Shown: positions 26,714-35,998 of the stretch, one piece after another | Layout: each line of letters begins with the position of its first letter | Numbering within the stretch: the first letter of the stretch is position 1 | DNA from: Abditibacteriaceae bacterium | Lineage (GTDB): Bacteria > Armatimonadota > Abditibacteriia > Abditibacteriales > Abditibacteriaceae | DNA: 64,000 nt | Reading direction: 5' to 3' | Assembly: GCA_965277285.1 (NCBI GenBank) | Contig: OZ255721.1 | Coordinates: 2,144,001 to 2,208,000 of the forward strand | Program-made: the position numbers and the translations under genes | Notes under the pieces: model-generated | What the model saw: the letters and a program-made list of their open reading frames with translations, nothing else | Database searches by the model: none | What the model was told of the DNA's origin: nothing

Positions 26714-27403
26714 ATGAAACATCGAGTACTCGTCTGTGCGCTCGCGCTGCTTTTTCTTCCTCTGACACTTTCAACGTCTCACGCCGCGACGTGCTACGGT
26801 GATGCGAATTGCAAAGCCTGCAAAACGTGCCGAGCGTGCGGCTATTGTGCAAAGCGTGGCGGAACGTGCGGTATCTGCGCACGCGCTGCAAAAACTGGCA
26901 ACGTTTCCAACCCTCCCACCCGACAAGAGAAAGGGACAAGTGGCCACTCACAGCTACAACGCAGCCGCGCACCTCAGTTGGTCGTTATGGCTACCTTTAC
27001 CGGGCGCGTTGTTGGCGTGAGCGACGGCGATACAATCACTGTGTTGAATGGAAAGCAGCCGATCAAAGTGCGGCTTTGGGGCATTGACGCGCCGGAAAAT
27101 GCGCAAGCCTTTGGCAGCGTTGCGAAGCAATATACAAGTGTCGCGTGCTTTGGCAAAACGGTTACGGTCTATCCGCAAGCGGTTGATCGTTACAGGCGCA
27201 CTGTGGCTGTCGTGTATGTTGCCAAACGCGGTTGTCTCAATTATCTGCTCGTGAATGAGGGTATGGCGTGGCACTACAGCAAATATACAAGCAATGAGAA
27301 GTTAGCGCGGTATCAGGCCGCAGCGAAAAGCGCCCGACGCGGATTGTGGCAGGACAAAAATCCCACGCCGCCTTGGGATTTCCGCAGAAGCAAGCGCCGG
27401 TAA
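26714..27403 (+). CDS. Secreted thermonuclease (SNase) with Cys-rich N-terminal domain
   Basis: Signal peptide, CxxCxxCxxCxxC cluster, 'VSDGDTI', 'VRLWGIDAPE', 'DRYRRTVA', 'GLW....PPWDFR'. Confidence 0.9.
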   Translation: MKHRVLVCALALLFLPLTLSTSHAATCYGDANCKACKTCRACGYCAKRGGTCGICARAAKTGNVSNPPTRQEKGTSGHSQLQRSRAPQLVVMATFTGRVVGVSDGDTITVLNGKQPIKVRLWGIDAPENAQAFGSVAKQYTSVACFGKTVTVYPQAVDRYRRTVAVVYVAKRGCLNYLLVNEGMAWHYSKYTSNEKLARYQAAAKSARRGLWQDKNPTPPWDFRRSKRR

Positions 27404-27405
27404 AA

Positions 27406-28566
27406 TCAACTTTTTTGTTCATCACTACTATCTAATAATGCAACTTTAAACTCGCGGTAGATGGCTAAAGGCCGCATGAGCAGTTCTGACCGCGCATTGC
27501 TCTCGAAAAACATCTTGTCAAAGGCTGCTGATCGTTTAAACAGACCTCTTACCGGGTCTCGCAAAGACGGGTTTTCTTCCTTTTGCGCCTGCGCTTTCAT
27601 CCGTTCGACCAGAGGAACCAACGGATCATTTACTTCTACTGTTTGCACCTCGCCGCTTACATCGTTTTCGGTGGCGAGCGTATTAATTTCGGGAGTTGCT
27701 GGAAGTTTCTCAGCTTCCTCAACCTCTGGAATCTTGGTTCCTGGCACATAAGTTATTTGTCCGACCATCACCCACTCTGCGGCTATAAAATTGCCGAAAA
27801 GAGCACGTAAATAATCCGGATTGAGGCGCAAAAATTGACGGTCTATAATGCCTCGAAAAACGACTTCGCTGTCGTCCGGAACAATAGTAATTTCAAAACC
27901 GTTTGGATAAAAGAAATCGAACCAACTTGCAAAGTAATCCAACAATTTCTGATCGAGTAACAAATTGCTGCCTTTCTGCACCAGCCTGACTACTTCAGTC
28001 GCCTCCAACAAACCCGAAAACACGGCTTTTTGTTTTTGTAGCTCCGTTTTTTCTGGCCCCTTGGCCGTGCGCATTTGGCGCTCTATCGTTTTCAGATAGT
28101 CATGCTTCTCCAAGATAATTTTAACGTTTTCATCATTGCTTATAGCTGCATAGGCGATGGCTTCGGTTAGTTGATTGAACTTTTGAGTAAAGTCGCGGAT
28201 TCGGTTGTAGTCTTCAATTTCAACCTTACCGCGAACTTTCACAAGAAAGGCGCTACTGATTTGGTCTATATTTTCTTTGTCAAGACTTTTAAGTTGAGTG
28301 ACCGCTTTGCCTACACGCTCTTCAAAGCGGTTGTAAATATGGTCATGGAGTATTCTGTTTTTGGTTTGGGAAGATGCTTCTACGACCTCTGTATCCAAGG
28401 CATCTCCAACTGCTTTTTTCAAACTGCCGGAACTGCTTCTGTCTGTGTCTTGGTTGCTGAAGGATTCTACAATTTCCTCTACAACGCCCTCGAAAACTTG
28501 GGAGTAAAGCGAGTACAGGTTGTCAGTATCGAGATACATGAAGTCACGAACAGTTTTAGAGGCCAT
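27406..28566 (-). CDS. Hypothetical protein, DUF6414-like
   Basis: N-terminal 'RDFMYLDTDNLYSLYSQ', C-terminal 'RPLAIYR'. Confidence 0.6.
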   Translation of the reverse strand: MASKTVRDFMYLDTDNLYSLYSQVFEGVVEEIVESFSNQDTDRSSSGSLKKAVGDALDTEVVEASSQTKNRILHDHIYNRFEERVGKAVTQLKSLDKENIDQISSAFLVKVRGKVEIEDYNRIRDFTQKFNQLTEAIAYAAISNDENVKIILEKHDYLKTIERQMRTAKGPEKTELQKQKAVFSGLLEATEVVRLVQKGSNLLLDQKLLDYFASWFDFFYPNGFEITIVPDDSEVVFRGIIDRQFLRLNPDYLRALFGNFIAAEWVMVGQITYVPGTKIPEVEEAEKLPATPEINTLATENDVSGEVQTVEVNDPLVPLVERMKAQAQKEENPSLRDPVRGLFKRSAAFDKMFFESNARSELLMRPLAIYREFKVALLDSSDEQKS

Positions 28567-28753
28567 TTTGCTTGGTTTCCTTGATTTGCGATTGAACGCG
28601 CGCGCGCTTTTCCATGAACTCGATACGTCGCTCTATATATTCTATTTGCTTGCGCCGTAACAACGCTTCAGCAACGAATATCACGACAGATACTCCTGCC
28701 GAACAGGTCACAGCGGTTACGATTTCAATAACATGAACTATTGGAGTTTTCAT
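28556..28753 (-). CDS. Small membrane hypothetical protein
   Basis: Overlaps both neighbours in operon fashion; one hydrophobic segment. Confidence 0.45.
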   Translation of the reverse strand: MKTPIVHVIEIVTAVTCSAGVSVVIFVAEALLRRKQIEYIERRIEFMEKRARVQSQIKETKQNGL

Positions 28754-29229
28754 GCTCTTCCCTGCACTTTGGCCACGAAAAACCTACACAAAGCACTCGC
28801 TGGGATATATACAATAGCAAGCCAAATACCGCCTTGATGAAGACCTTGCCGCAGGCTCACATCACTTTTATCTATTTGACTATCGTTTACGGTGTATAGC
28901 AGAACTCCGTAGAAAACTGCAGAAACAAGAAGTCCTAAAAGCGTGACCCAAAACATCATGCTCCAAAGCAAATCTTTTTGCATGTCCTTTTTCGTGTTCA
29001 CTATATCGGAGAGGCTTGTAACAGTAAGAACTACTATTAAAAATAGCAAATCAGTAGATTTAGACCAATCAACAGGCTGATTCTTTAAGTGGAATAAAAT
29101 CCAGACAATTGCCAAGGGAAGCAAGGGAAGCACAACATTTACCATCGTCCAACCAAGTAGGTTGACCGCAATAGATACACCTTTAGATTCTTCCTCTGCG
29201 TTCAACGGCGGGTCTACTGAATTGGTCAA
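28750..29229 (-). CDS. Four-TM hypothetical membrane protein
   Basis: Four hydrophobic segments; overlaps stop of upstream gene by 4 nt. Confidence 0.65.
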   Translation of the reverse strand: MTNSVDPPLNAEEESKGVSIAVNLLGWTMVNVVLPLLPLAIVWILFHLKNQPVDWSKSTDLLFLIVVLTVTSLSDIVNTKKDMQKDLLWSMMFWVTLLGLLVSAVFYGVLLYTVNDSQIDKSDVSLRQGLHQGGIWLAIVYIPASALCRFFVAKVQGRA

Positions 29230-29609
29230 GTGCCACTTCCTTGTGCAACTGCCTTACGTTTTTCCCAACGTCGGGCTTGCGCCTCTGCGATGCGCGCTTT
29301 GTGTTCCTCTGACAGCGCAGAACCTTTGGGCCGACCGCCACGACCTTTAGCACCTTTCCGATCTTTATAGCGTGTTGGCTGGTATTCCTTCACCGATCTC
29401 GCTGTGAGTGCGACGCGATTCAACGCGCTCACAGCCTCTAAGCGTCCTTCTGCAATGGCTTTATAAATTGTCGCTTGCGTCACGCCCTTGAGCTGCGCGA
29501 CTTGCGCCGCTGTGAACAGGTGCGCGTCTTCGTTTTCGGCATTAAGAGCGCCGACAAAGTGCTTCTTTCCATTTATCACAACTTCGTATGCCTCTCCGCT
29601 GGCAGCCAT
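29226..29609 (-). CDS. Excisionase-like HTH (HTH_17) protein with NUMOD3-like tail; candidate recombination directionality factor
   Basis: 'FTAAQVAQLKGVTQATIYKAIAEGRLEA', 'LSEEHKARIAEA'; divergent from the recombinase. Confidence 0.65.
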   Translation of the reverse strand: MAASGEAYEVVINGKKHFVGALNAENEDAHLFTAAQVAQLKGVTQATIYKAIAEGRLEAVSALNRVALTARSVKEYQPTRYKDRKGAKGRGGRPKGSALSEEHKARIAEAQARRWEKRKAVAQGSGT

Positions 29610-29761
29610 TTACCGCGCTCCCGTCAACCTTGATTCGTTTCTGCCGTGCTTAATTATACTGGCGTCACTATACTCAAAGAGTTGATAAAAAATAACTTAT
29701 TGTGTATAATTAAAGTGCGCCTTCGTTCGGACGCATAAACCATAACTTTAGGAGCGACGGC

Positions 29762-31510
29762 ATGATTAGCAAACCAATAAACCGCAAACCAATTAAAGAA
29801 GAGTTGCGCGCCGTGTTGTATGGCCGCGTGAGCGATGCATCACAGGTAGAGGGAACAAGCCTTGCTGAACAGCACGCGGCTTGTACGACTAAAGCCCAGC
29901 ACCTTAACGCACAGGTTGTAGGTTATTATGAGGACGCCGGAGTGAGCGGCGGTTTGTATCTTGCGCGGCCTGGCATCCAAGCGGCGCTGGCCGATCTGGA
30001 AAGCGGCAAAGCCAATGTGCTTATCATTGCCAAGCTCGACCGCTACAGCCGCGACCGTGAGCATCAGACGGCTATTAAGAAGCGCGTTGAATTAGCGGGC
30101 GCACGTTTGATATTTTGCGATGTTGATTTTGCCGACACGCCCGAAGGCGATTTACAGTTTGGGATTTTGGGCAGTTTTGCAGAATACGAGCGCAAAGTGA
30201 TTCGTGAAAGGTGCATGAAAGGCGCGCGTCGGCGTGCGCTCGAAGGCATACAGACAAAAACAGCGTTTGCGCCTTTTGGTTACTACATTCCTAACAAGAG
30301 CGACGTATTTCTTGGTGCTTACGCAGGCGATCAATACGGTAAGTACCAAATCGTTGAGGAACAAGCTGCAATTGTTCGCTCTGTTTTCGAGAAGATCGAG
30401 AACGGCGATTCTATGCACGCCGTCGCGCGTTGGCTCAACGAACAGGGAACCGCTACGCCGCGCAACGGCGAGTACTGGCGTTGCTCCACACTCAAGCGCA
30501 TCATTAACAACCCAGTCTACAAAGGCAAAGCGCCGTATGGTCGGCATCAAAAGTTTCACGATGAGAGCCGCTTAAAAGAAGGTTTCAAACAGCCCTTTGT
30601 CTTGCGTGAGCGACCGGCAGAAGATTGGATTTATATTGATTGCCCTGCTCTTGTATCTGAGAAAACTTGGGACGTGTGCCAAGAGATTTTGCAAGGTAAC
30701 AAATCACGGCATGGCGGACGACCAGAACGCCGATACACTCTTTCCGGCTTGTTACGTTGCCCGAAGTGCAACCGCACCATGCACGCGACAAAGCGAATTA
30801 AAAAACGCTCACCCGGCCAAATCGCCAAGGGGTCTGGCAAACACCCTTATCTTGATTACCGCTATGCGTGCCGTGATTCACGACCAAGCCGTAATACAGG
30901 CGGCTGCCAATGCAATGCTCGCAACTATTCAGGCAACAAAGCTGAGCGTTGTGTGTTTGAGGCAGTTAAATACGCCGCACAGCAAACCGAAACTACCGCT
31001 GCTGCACTGCAAGCATTTTACAATGCCAAACGCACCGATTTTTCTGCCAGTGAGTACAACGAACTTGAACGAAAGCTAAAAGAACTGGAACGGCGCGAGG
31101 GGGCGACCATCGAGGCGCAGATTCGCGGGCTTACGATTGGCGCAAATGTCTCTGTTTACGAAGACATTTTGCGGCAAATCGCCAAACAGCGCACCGAAGC
31201 CAAGCACAAGCTTGAAGAAGTCGCTCAGCAGCGCGTGAGCGTTACAGATGCCGATTGCATGGATGCCGCGCAAATTATTTCACAGGCATTGCAAGCCGTC
31301 GAAGAAGTATTTGAAGTGCCGGAATTAACGGACGGCGAAAAGCGTGATTTTTTGGCGCGCGTTGTGGACAGTGTATATCCAACCGACGATCTTGAAACTT
31401 ACGCCGTCAACCTCAAACCATTCACACACGATGCTTTAACTGTTGCGAATGTTAGCAGATTGTGTCCACCGGCAGCAGCGACTTCGAGCGCGCGCTTGAC
31501 GCTTTCCTGA
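29762..31510 (+). CDS. Large serine recombinase (integrase)
   Basis: 'YGRVS' catalytic Ser, 'AKLDRYSRD', recombinase domain 'NPVYKG', zinc ribbon 'LSGLLRCPKC', coiled coil; AGGAG RBS; ORF reads through the att core. Confidence 0.95.
   Translation: MISKPINRKPIKEELRAVLYGRVSDASQVEGTSLAEQHAACTTKAQHLNAQVVGYYEDAGVSGGLYLARPGIQAALADLESGKANVLIIAKLDRYSRDREHQTAIKKRVELAGARLIFCDVDFADTPEGDLQFGILGSFAEYERKVIRERCMKGARRRALEGIQTKTAFAPFGYYIPNKSDVFLGAYAGDQYGKYQIVEEQAAIVRSVFEKIENGDSMHAVARWLNEQGTATPRNGEYWRCSTLKRIINNPVYKGKAPYGRHQKFHDESRLKEGFKQPFVLRERPAEDWIYIDCPALVSEKTWDVCQEILQGNKSRHGGRPERRYTLSGLLRCPKCNRTMHATKRIKKRSPGQIAKGSGKHPYLDYRYACRDSRPSRNTGGCQCNARNYSGNKAERCVFEAVKYAAQQTETTAAALQAFYNAKRTDFSASEYNELERKLKELERREGATIEAQIRGLTIGANVSVYEDILRQIAKQRTEAKHKLEEVAQQRVSVTDADCMDAAQIISQALQAVEEVFEVPELTDGEKRDFLARVVDSVYPTDDLETYAVNLKPFTHDALTVANVSRLCPPAAATSSARLTLS
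31436..31455. other. Right attachment junction (attP arm plus core AG)
   Basis: TTAACTGTTGCGA-ATGTT-AG; mirror of the left junction. Confidence 0.85.
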
Positions 31511-32103
31511 CCTTTGACATCCGACCAATCGGCTTCGCATGGAGCGCGTTCCAGTTCTTCTTGCACGGGCAACGGTGCCAATGGTTCACGATTGCCCTGC
31601 GCCAAAAGCTCGACTGCATCGGCCAAACTCTTCACCGGAAAAACGCGCAACCCGTCCACTAAAGCCGCTTCGCGCGCGTTCGCTTCAGGCACGAAAAAAG
31701 CGTCCTTGCCAGCATCGCGCGCACCAATTGCCATCGGCAAAACGCCCGCCACAGGACGCACACTGCCGTCCAAACTCAGTTCGCCCACAGCAGCAAAGTT
31801 CGCAAAATGATCGTTGAGAATTTGCTCGTCGCCCAACAGCGTTCCCAGCGCAACGGGCAAATCGAAAATCGGGCCTTGCTTTTTCGTATCGGCAGGCGCC
31901 AAATTGACCGTGATGCGACGCAAAGGCCATGTGTAACCGCTATTTTTGACAGCCGCGCGGACGCGCTCGCCACTTTCGCGCACGCTCGCGTCCGGCAAGC
32001 CGACAATCGCAAACGATTGAAAGTTGGACGACACATCGACCTCGACGCGCACCACATACGCGTCCACGCCCAAAACCGCCAGAGAATCAACACACGCTAA
32101 CAT
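31454..32103 (-). pseudogene. comM: ComM/YifB N-terminal fragment
   Basis: 'VGLPDASVRES', 'RITVNLAPAD.KK.G..FDLP', 'GELSLDG', 'KRALEVAAAGGHNLL'; reads 18 extra codons into the element to a stop at 31399. Confidence 0.95.
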
Positions 32104-32345
32104 CAAAACCCACTTCGCGCCGCACACCGCGACGACCTTGAAATTAAACCTTGCACATCGAGTACTCGAAATCGCTCTTTTCTCGTGCAATCTGATCTGA
32201 AAACCAATTGGAACACGGCGGCTCCGCCGACACAGATTGAACAGATAAGCACCGATTTTCTTCAGTGTTAGTTTGATTTCGATCCGTGTTCATCCATGTC
32301 CGAAAACTGTGTCAGCGAAGCCGCTGTGTCCTATTTCCCATAAAT

Positions 32346-32819
32346 TCAAAACACGCGCGCGCCGCGACTACGACTGGCAACGGCTTGATAATCGAAAGCA
32401 TTGATGTGCAACTGCAAGCGCGGTTTTTGACCATGCGCGCCCATCCAGACTTCGACGACATCGAAGCGACAAGGCGTTTCGTGCAGCTGATAAATCGAAA
32501 CATAAGCGTTCGCCAAACGCGAAATCTGGCGCTGTTTGCTGCGCGTGACCGCTTCCTGTGGCGCGCCGCGTTCATTTGAAGAGCGCGTTTTGACTTCGAT
32601 GAAACACAAAATCTTGCCCTGCCACGCAATACAATCGATCTCACCTCGCAAGGCGCCATCCGCTTTTCCGTCGCGTTGGTTGGAACCTTCCTTCTTGCCC
32701 GGGCGCCAATTGCGCTGCACGATGCGAAAACCACGTTCGGCGAGAAAACGCGCGGCTTCGTCCTCGCCCTGCTCGCCACGCCGATACGCTTGCTGCCCTT
32801 GATCGCTCGTTTGTTCCAT
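32346..32819 (-). CDS. yraN: YraN family protein
   Basis: 'G..GE..A..FL...GF.I..RNW', 'GEIDCIA', 'FIEVKTR', 'RFDVV'; usual position upstream of comM. Confidence 0.9.
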   Translation of the reverse strand: MEQTSDQGQQAYRRGEQGEDEAARFLAERGFRIVQRNWRPGKKEGSNQRDGKADGALRGEIDCIAWQGKILCFIEVKTRSSNERGAPQEAVTRSKQRQISRLANAYVSIYQLHETPCRFDVVEVWMGAHGQKPRLQLHINAFDYQAVASRSRGARVF

Positions 32820-32881
32820 CACGTTGTTGACACACCTTATATTCTTCACTATTCTTGCGGTTACCATATCAAAAATTCAAC

Positions 32882-32936
32882 AAAAGTGCGACGTAGCGAA
32901 AATCGAAATTTACGGTTTTCGCTGCGTCGCTTTTTT
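32882..32936. terminator. Intergenic hairpin, likely intrinsic terminator
   Basis: GCGACGTAGCGAAAA...TTTTCGCTGCGTCGC with flanking A/T tracts. Confidence 0.55.
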
Positions 32937-32967
32937 ACGTCTTCTTACAGCTTGGTATTGATGAATT

Positions 32968-34095
32968 TCAACGAGGTGTCGGCAAGGCGTTGGCGGCGTT
33001 TGATGCAGCACTGGCGGGAACATTCGCTGTGGCGCGCGCTGTTGTGACCGAAGTGACCGTCGCGTTTCGCGTTGTTGTCGCAGGCGCACTGGTGACGCTT
33101 CGAGTACTCGATGTCGTGTTTCGCGTGGTCGCTGTCATTTTCGACCGCTTGGTCGTTGCACTCGTTCCGGTTACCGGGCCGATGACACCGGGCGTGCCCG
33201 TTGAAGACGTGCCGGTATCAATGGATGAGGTATCGCTGGGCGAAGTTACGGTGCTGTTGGCAATGATCGGCGTGCCGCGCTGTGGGATGGCAACGCCCAG
33301 GCCCCACAAACCAAGTGGCTTAATGTTCGGCTTGAAAACTTTTTTACCACTTAACGGATCAAAAACTATAATAGTCGGTTGTTTGTGATCGACAAAGGTT
33401 TTGGCGAACTCCTCATCATCGAGCCATTTTTGCACATCAATCGAGGTCGCGCCATAAAGATCGACCACCGCGTAACCCGTGTGAACCAGCATCCGGTTGA
33501 GGTTCCACTGGACGCCAGTAGAAGCGCTTGCGCCGGTTGTGCTCGGGCTGGCTGGTCCAGGCGTGAAGTAAATCTGCACCATGCGATGCGAATCGAGATC
33601 GACAGGAAATTTCGGATCGACTTCAACCGTCAGATTTTCTTTGCCATCGACCCATTCATGTACTTTGTTGACCGTATATTGCCAACCAGGTTGACCAGGC
33701 CCGGGCGCGACAATGCCCGCCAAGCGGACAGTTTCTGCCACAGGCGACGGTGGTGGCACGGCGCTGCCAGCGACAGTTTTGGCACCGACGGTTCTGCCGC
33801 TGGCAATTGTTGGCACACCTTGAATCGTCAACAATTCGCCGGACGTGATGCTGGTCACGCGGTATGTGCCGGGCAGTGGCAGGCCTTTTGTGATGTTGTC
33901 GGCGGGGTCGAAAACCGGCAGCGTCGGTTTCTGCGTGACGGGCGGCGGCGGTTCTTTATGCGGTCCCTGCAAAAGGCTGCAGCCTGATAAAGCGGAAATG
34001 CAACACGCTGTCGCCAACCAGCCGCAGGCTGTCATCCAAAAAGTTGGCGAAAAGCGGTGCGACGCTCGAAATTCACGTTGCGAAAAGGCTGTCAT
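32968..34095 (-). CDS. Lipoprotein with degenerate thermonuclease-like domain and Thr/Ser-rich tail
   Basis: Lipobox 'LSGC'; 'VRLAGIVAP', 'LNRMLVHTGYA', 'GLW'; SNase catalytic residues not conserved. Confidence 0.6.
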   Translation of the reverse strand: MTAFSQREFRASHRFSPTFWMTACGWLATACCISALSGCSLLQGPHKEPPPPVTQKPTLPVFDPADNITKGLPLPGTYRVTSITSGELLTIQGVPTIASGRTVGAKTVAGSAVPPPSPVAETVRLAGIVAPGPGQPGWQYTVNKVHEWVDGKENLTVEVDPKFPVDLDSHRMVQIYFTPGPASPSTTGASASTGVQWNLNRMLVHTGYAVVDLYGATSIDVQKWLDDEEFAKTFVDHKQPTIIVFDPLSGKKVFKPNIKPLGLWGLGVAIPQRGTPIIANSTVTSPSDTSSIDTGTSSTGTPGVIGPVTGTSATTKRSKMTATTRNTTSSTRSVTSAPATTTRNATVTSVTTARATANVPASAASNAANALPTPR

Positions 34096-34261
34096 CAAAC
34101 GTTCTCCAGTCTGAAAATCTGCAAAGACACCGGCGAACAGACGAGTCAATTGCGGGAATACGTCCTATTTTATCTGTTTCCGCACCGTTCATGTTCGATG
34201 CAAGCGCGATTCCTTCAAACACCTTGCGCTATCGAGTACTCGATGCGCGCTCTCGCAACCA

Positions 34262-34996
34262 TTATTCGTTCACCAGCAATTCGCGGGCGTTGCGCATCAC
34301 GATGCGTTCGCGCTGCAATTTGCCAATCGTGCTGTCGCGCAGCATTCCCATGGCGGCGGCGGGATGCAAGCGTCCCCAATCCGAACTCCACAAAACGCGG
34401 CGCTCGCCCAAAGTCGCCACCGCTTGCGCGATCACGTCACGTTCGCACCATTGTGCGCTGGGCAAAAACGACAGGTTCAACACATCTTTTATCGCAGGTG
34501 GCGCATCGCTGGTCAAGGCTTCGCTTTGCGGCGACAACAAAAAACGCAAAGTATGAAACTGGCGCGCCACGCGAATCGCCGCCGCCAGGGTCGCGGGCGA
34601 CGAACACGTCACCAAAATCGGCTTGCCGTAGCGCCGCAAGGCATTCACAACTGTCAAACCGCCCGCGCTGTCAATGGCGTCGCCGTCGTGCGATTGCTCG
34701 AAGCGACTGCCGACCCATTGAGTTTTCATCAGGTAGCGCCGCGCTAATTCCTGCGACAAATCCGGCTGATGCACCGACAGTTCGAGCCAGCCTTTGAATC
34801 GCGCATCGGTTTTGAGAGCGTCCGCCAAACGCGCGTTACCACCGTTCAAATCGGTGACGGCTTCTTCCGACGCGAGGCACAGCGCCTCAATATCGAACTG
34901 ACTGGCATACGCCGAGGCCGCTTCAATGCCCGGCGGACGACAACCCAGCGTTTGCGCGCTCACTCCGAAATGTCCCTGCAAATCGATTAAAGGCAT
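34262..34996 (-). CDS. Amidohydrolase-family protein
   Basis: 'IDLQGHFG', 'LGERRVLWSSDW', 'IVMRNARELL'. Confidence 0.75.
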   Translation of the reverse strand: MPLIDLQGHFGVSAQTLGCRPPGIEAASAYASQFDIEALCLASEEAVTDLNGGNARLADALKTDARFKGWLELSVHQPDLSQELARRYLMKTQWVGSRFEQSHDGDAIDSAGGLTVVNALRRYGKPILVTCSSPATLAAAIRVARQFHTLRFLLSPQSEALTSDAPPAIKDVLNLSFLPSAQWCERDVIAQAVATLGERRVLWSSDWGRLHPAAAMGMLRDSTIGKLQRERIVMRNARELLVNE

Positions 34997-35004
34997 GAGA
35001 ACTC

Positions 35005-35116
35005 GAATACGGAATGATGAATACGGAATGATGAATATCGAGTACTCGAAACTGAAAAGCCGTCGTTCGAGTTCAATGTTTTCTGATTCATCATTCCGTA
35101 TTCATTATTCATCATT
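35005..35116. repeat. Intergenic hairpin of short tandem repeats containing CGAGTACTCG
   Basis: (GAATACGGAATGAT)2 ... ATCATTCCGTATTC arms. Confidence 0.7.
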
Positions 35117-35849
35117 TGGTCAAAAGTTGTTTCAAATTGCCGCCCAGAACGAGCGCTTTTTCTTCATCTGACAGCGACGACGCCAGAATCGGGCCAATCG
35201 CGGCAGACAAATAACGCAACGGCGAATAAGACGCAAAAACCATTTTCTGCACGCCGCCGGGAACGTTGTCGCGGATCGCCTCGAGCGCGCCGGGCGCCAA
35301 AAGTGCGGCAGTTTCGACATAAATCGTCGTGTCGCCGCGCATCACGGAAATCGTTTCGCCCAACTGCGCGGAACCAACGCCCGCCAGCAAAATTGGAATC
35401 TTAAAATCTTTCACCAACGCTGCCACTTCGCTCATCGCGCCGGCGCGTGTGGTCGTGACCGCGACCGGAACACCCAATTCGTCGCAGCGTTTGAGCACGT
35501 CTCGAAATGGCGCGAGGTTCAGCGGCCAGCCCTGGCGTTCGGGGAAAAAGCGGAACAAGCGAAAACCTTCGCCAGCGCGCTGTTCGGCTTCTTGCAGACA
35601 CTCGGGAAAAGCGCGCGGATCGAGCGTCGCCACCGGAAATAATTGCTGCGGATGCTGACGCGCGATGTTGATCGTTTCCACATTTCCCTGGCGATAATCG
35701 TGAAAAATGCCGACCGTCGAAGTCGCCAGAGAACGCACAATGCCGTTGCTTGTCATGCCCGAGAGGAGCGTTTCAACCGACAAATCGGCGGCGTGCTGCG
35801 GCCACGGCCCGAACAAAGTGCAAGCATCTAAAATCGCGTAGTTGGCCAT
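35112..35849 (-). CDS. Amidohydrolase-family protein
   Basis: 'LDACTLFGPWP', 'FRFFP..QGW', 'VFASYSP', 'VLGGNLKQLL'. Confidence 0.75.
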   Translation of the reverse strand: MANYAILDACTLFGPWPQHAADLSVETLLSGMTSNGIVRSLATSTVGIFHDYRQGNVETINIARQHPQQLFPVATLDPRAFPECLQEAEQRAGEGFRLFRFFPERQGWPLNLAPFRDVLKRCDELGVPVAVTTTRAGAMSEVAALVKDFKIPILLAGVGSAQLGETISVMRGDTTIYVETAALLAPGALEAIRDNVPGGVQKMVFASYSPLRYLSAAIGPILASSLSDEEKALVLGGNLKQLLTK

Positions 35850-35998
35850 GAGAAAAGTGGTCGGTGGGCCGTTGTCCGTGGCCGGTTATCGAGTACTCGA
35901 AAGCGTCCGAGGAGCGCGCAAAACTTAAAAGCAAAATCGTGAAAAGTTGCAGTGATTATAGCAAGAGTGACGAAAAAACGCGCGGTGGCACTTTCATT

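Larger units (their letters stand above)
2477..31455. mobile_element. ~29 kb serine-integrase integrative element inserted in comM
   Basis: Two comM halves flank it; shared core AG at 2477-2478 and 31454-31455; 13-bp inverted arms TCGCAACAGTTAA (2484-2496) / TTAACTGTTGCGA (31436-31448); large serine recombinase at right end. Confidence 0.93.

Noticed and set aside
2477..31455. Complete prophage or conjugative element
   Set aside because: No recognisable capsid, terminase, tail, lysis, relaxase or T4SS genes
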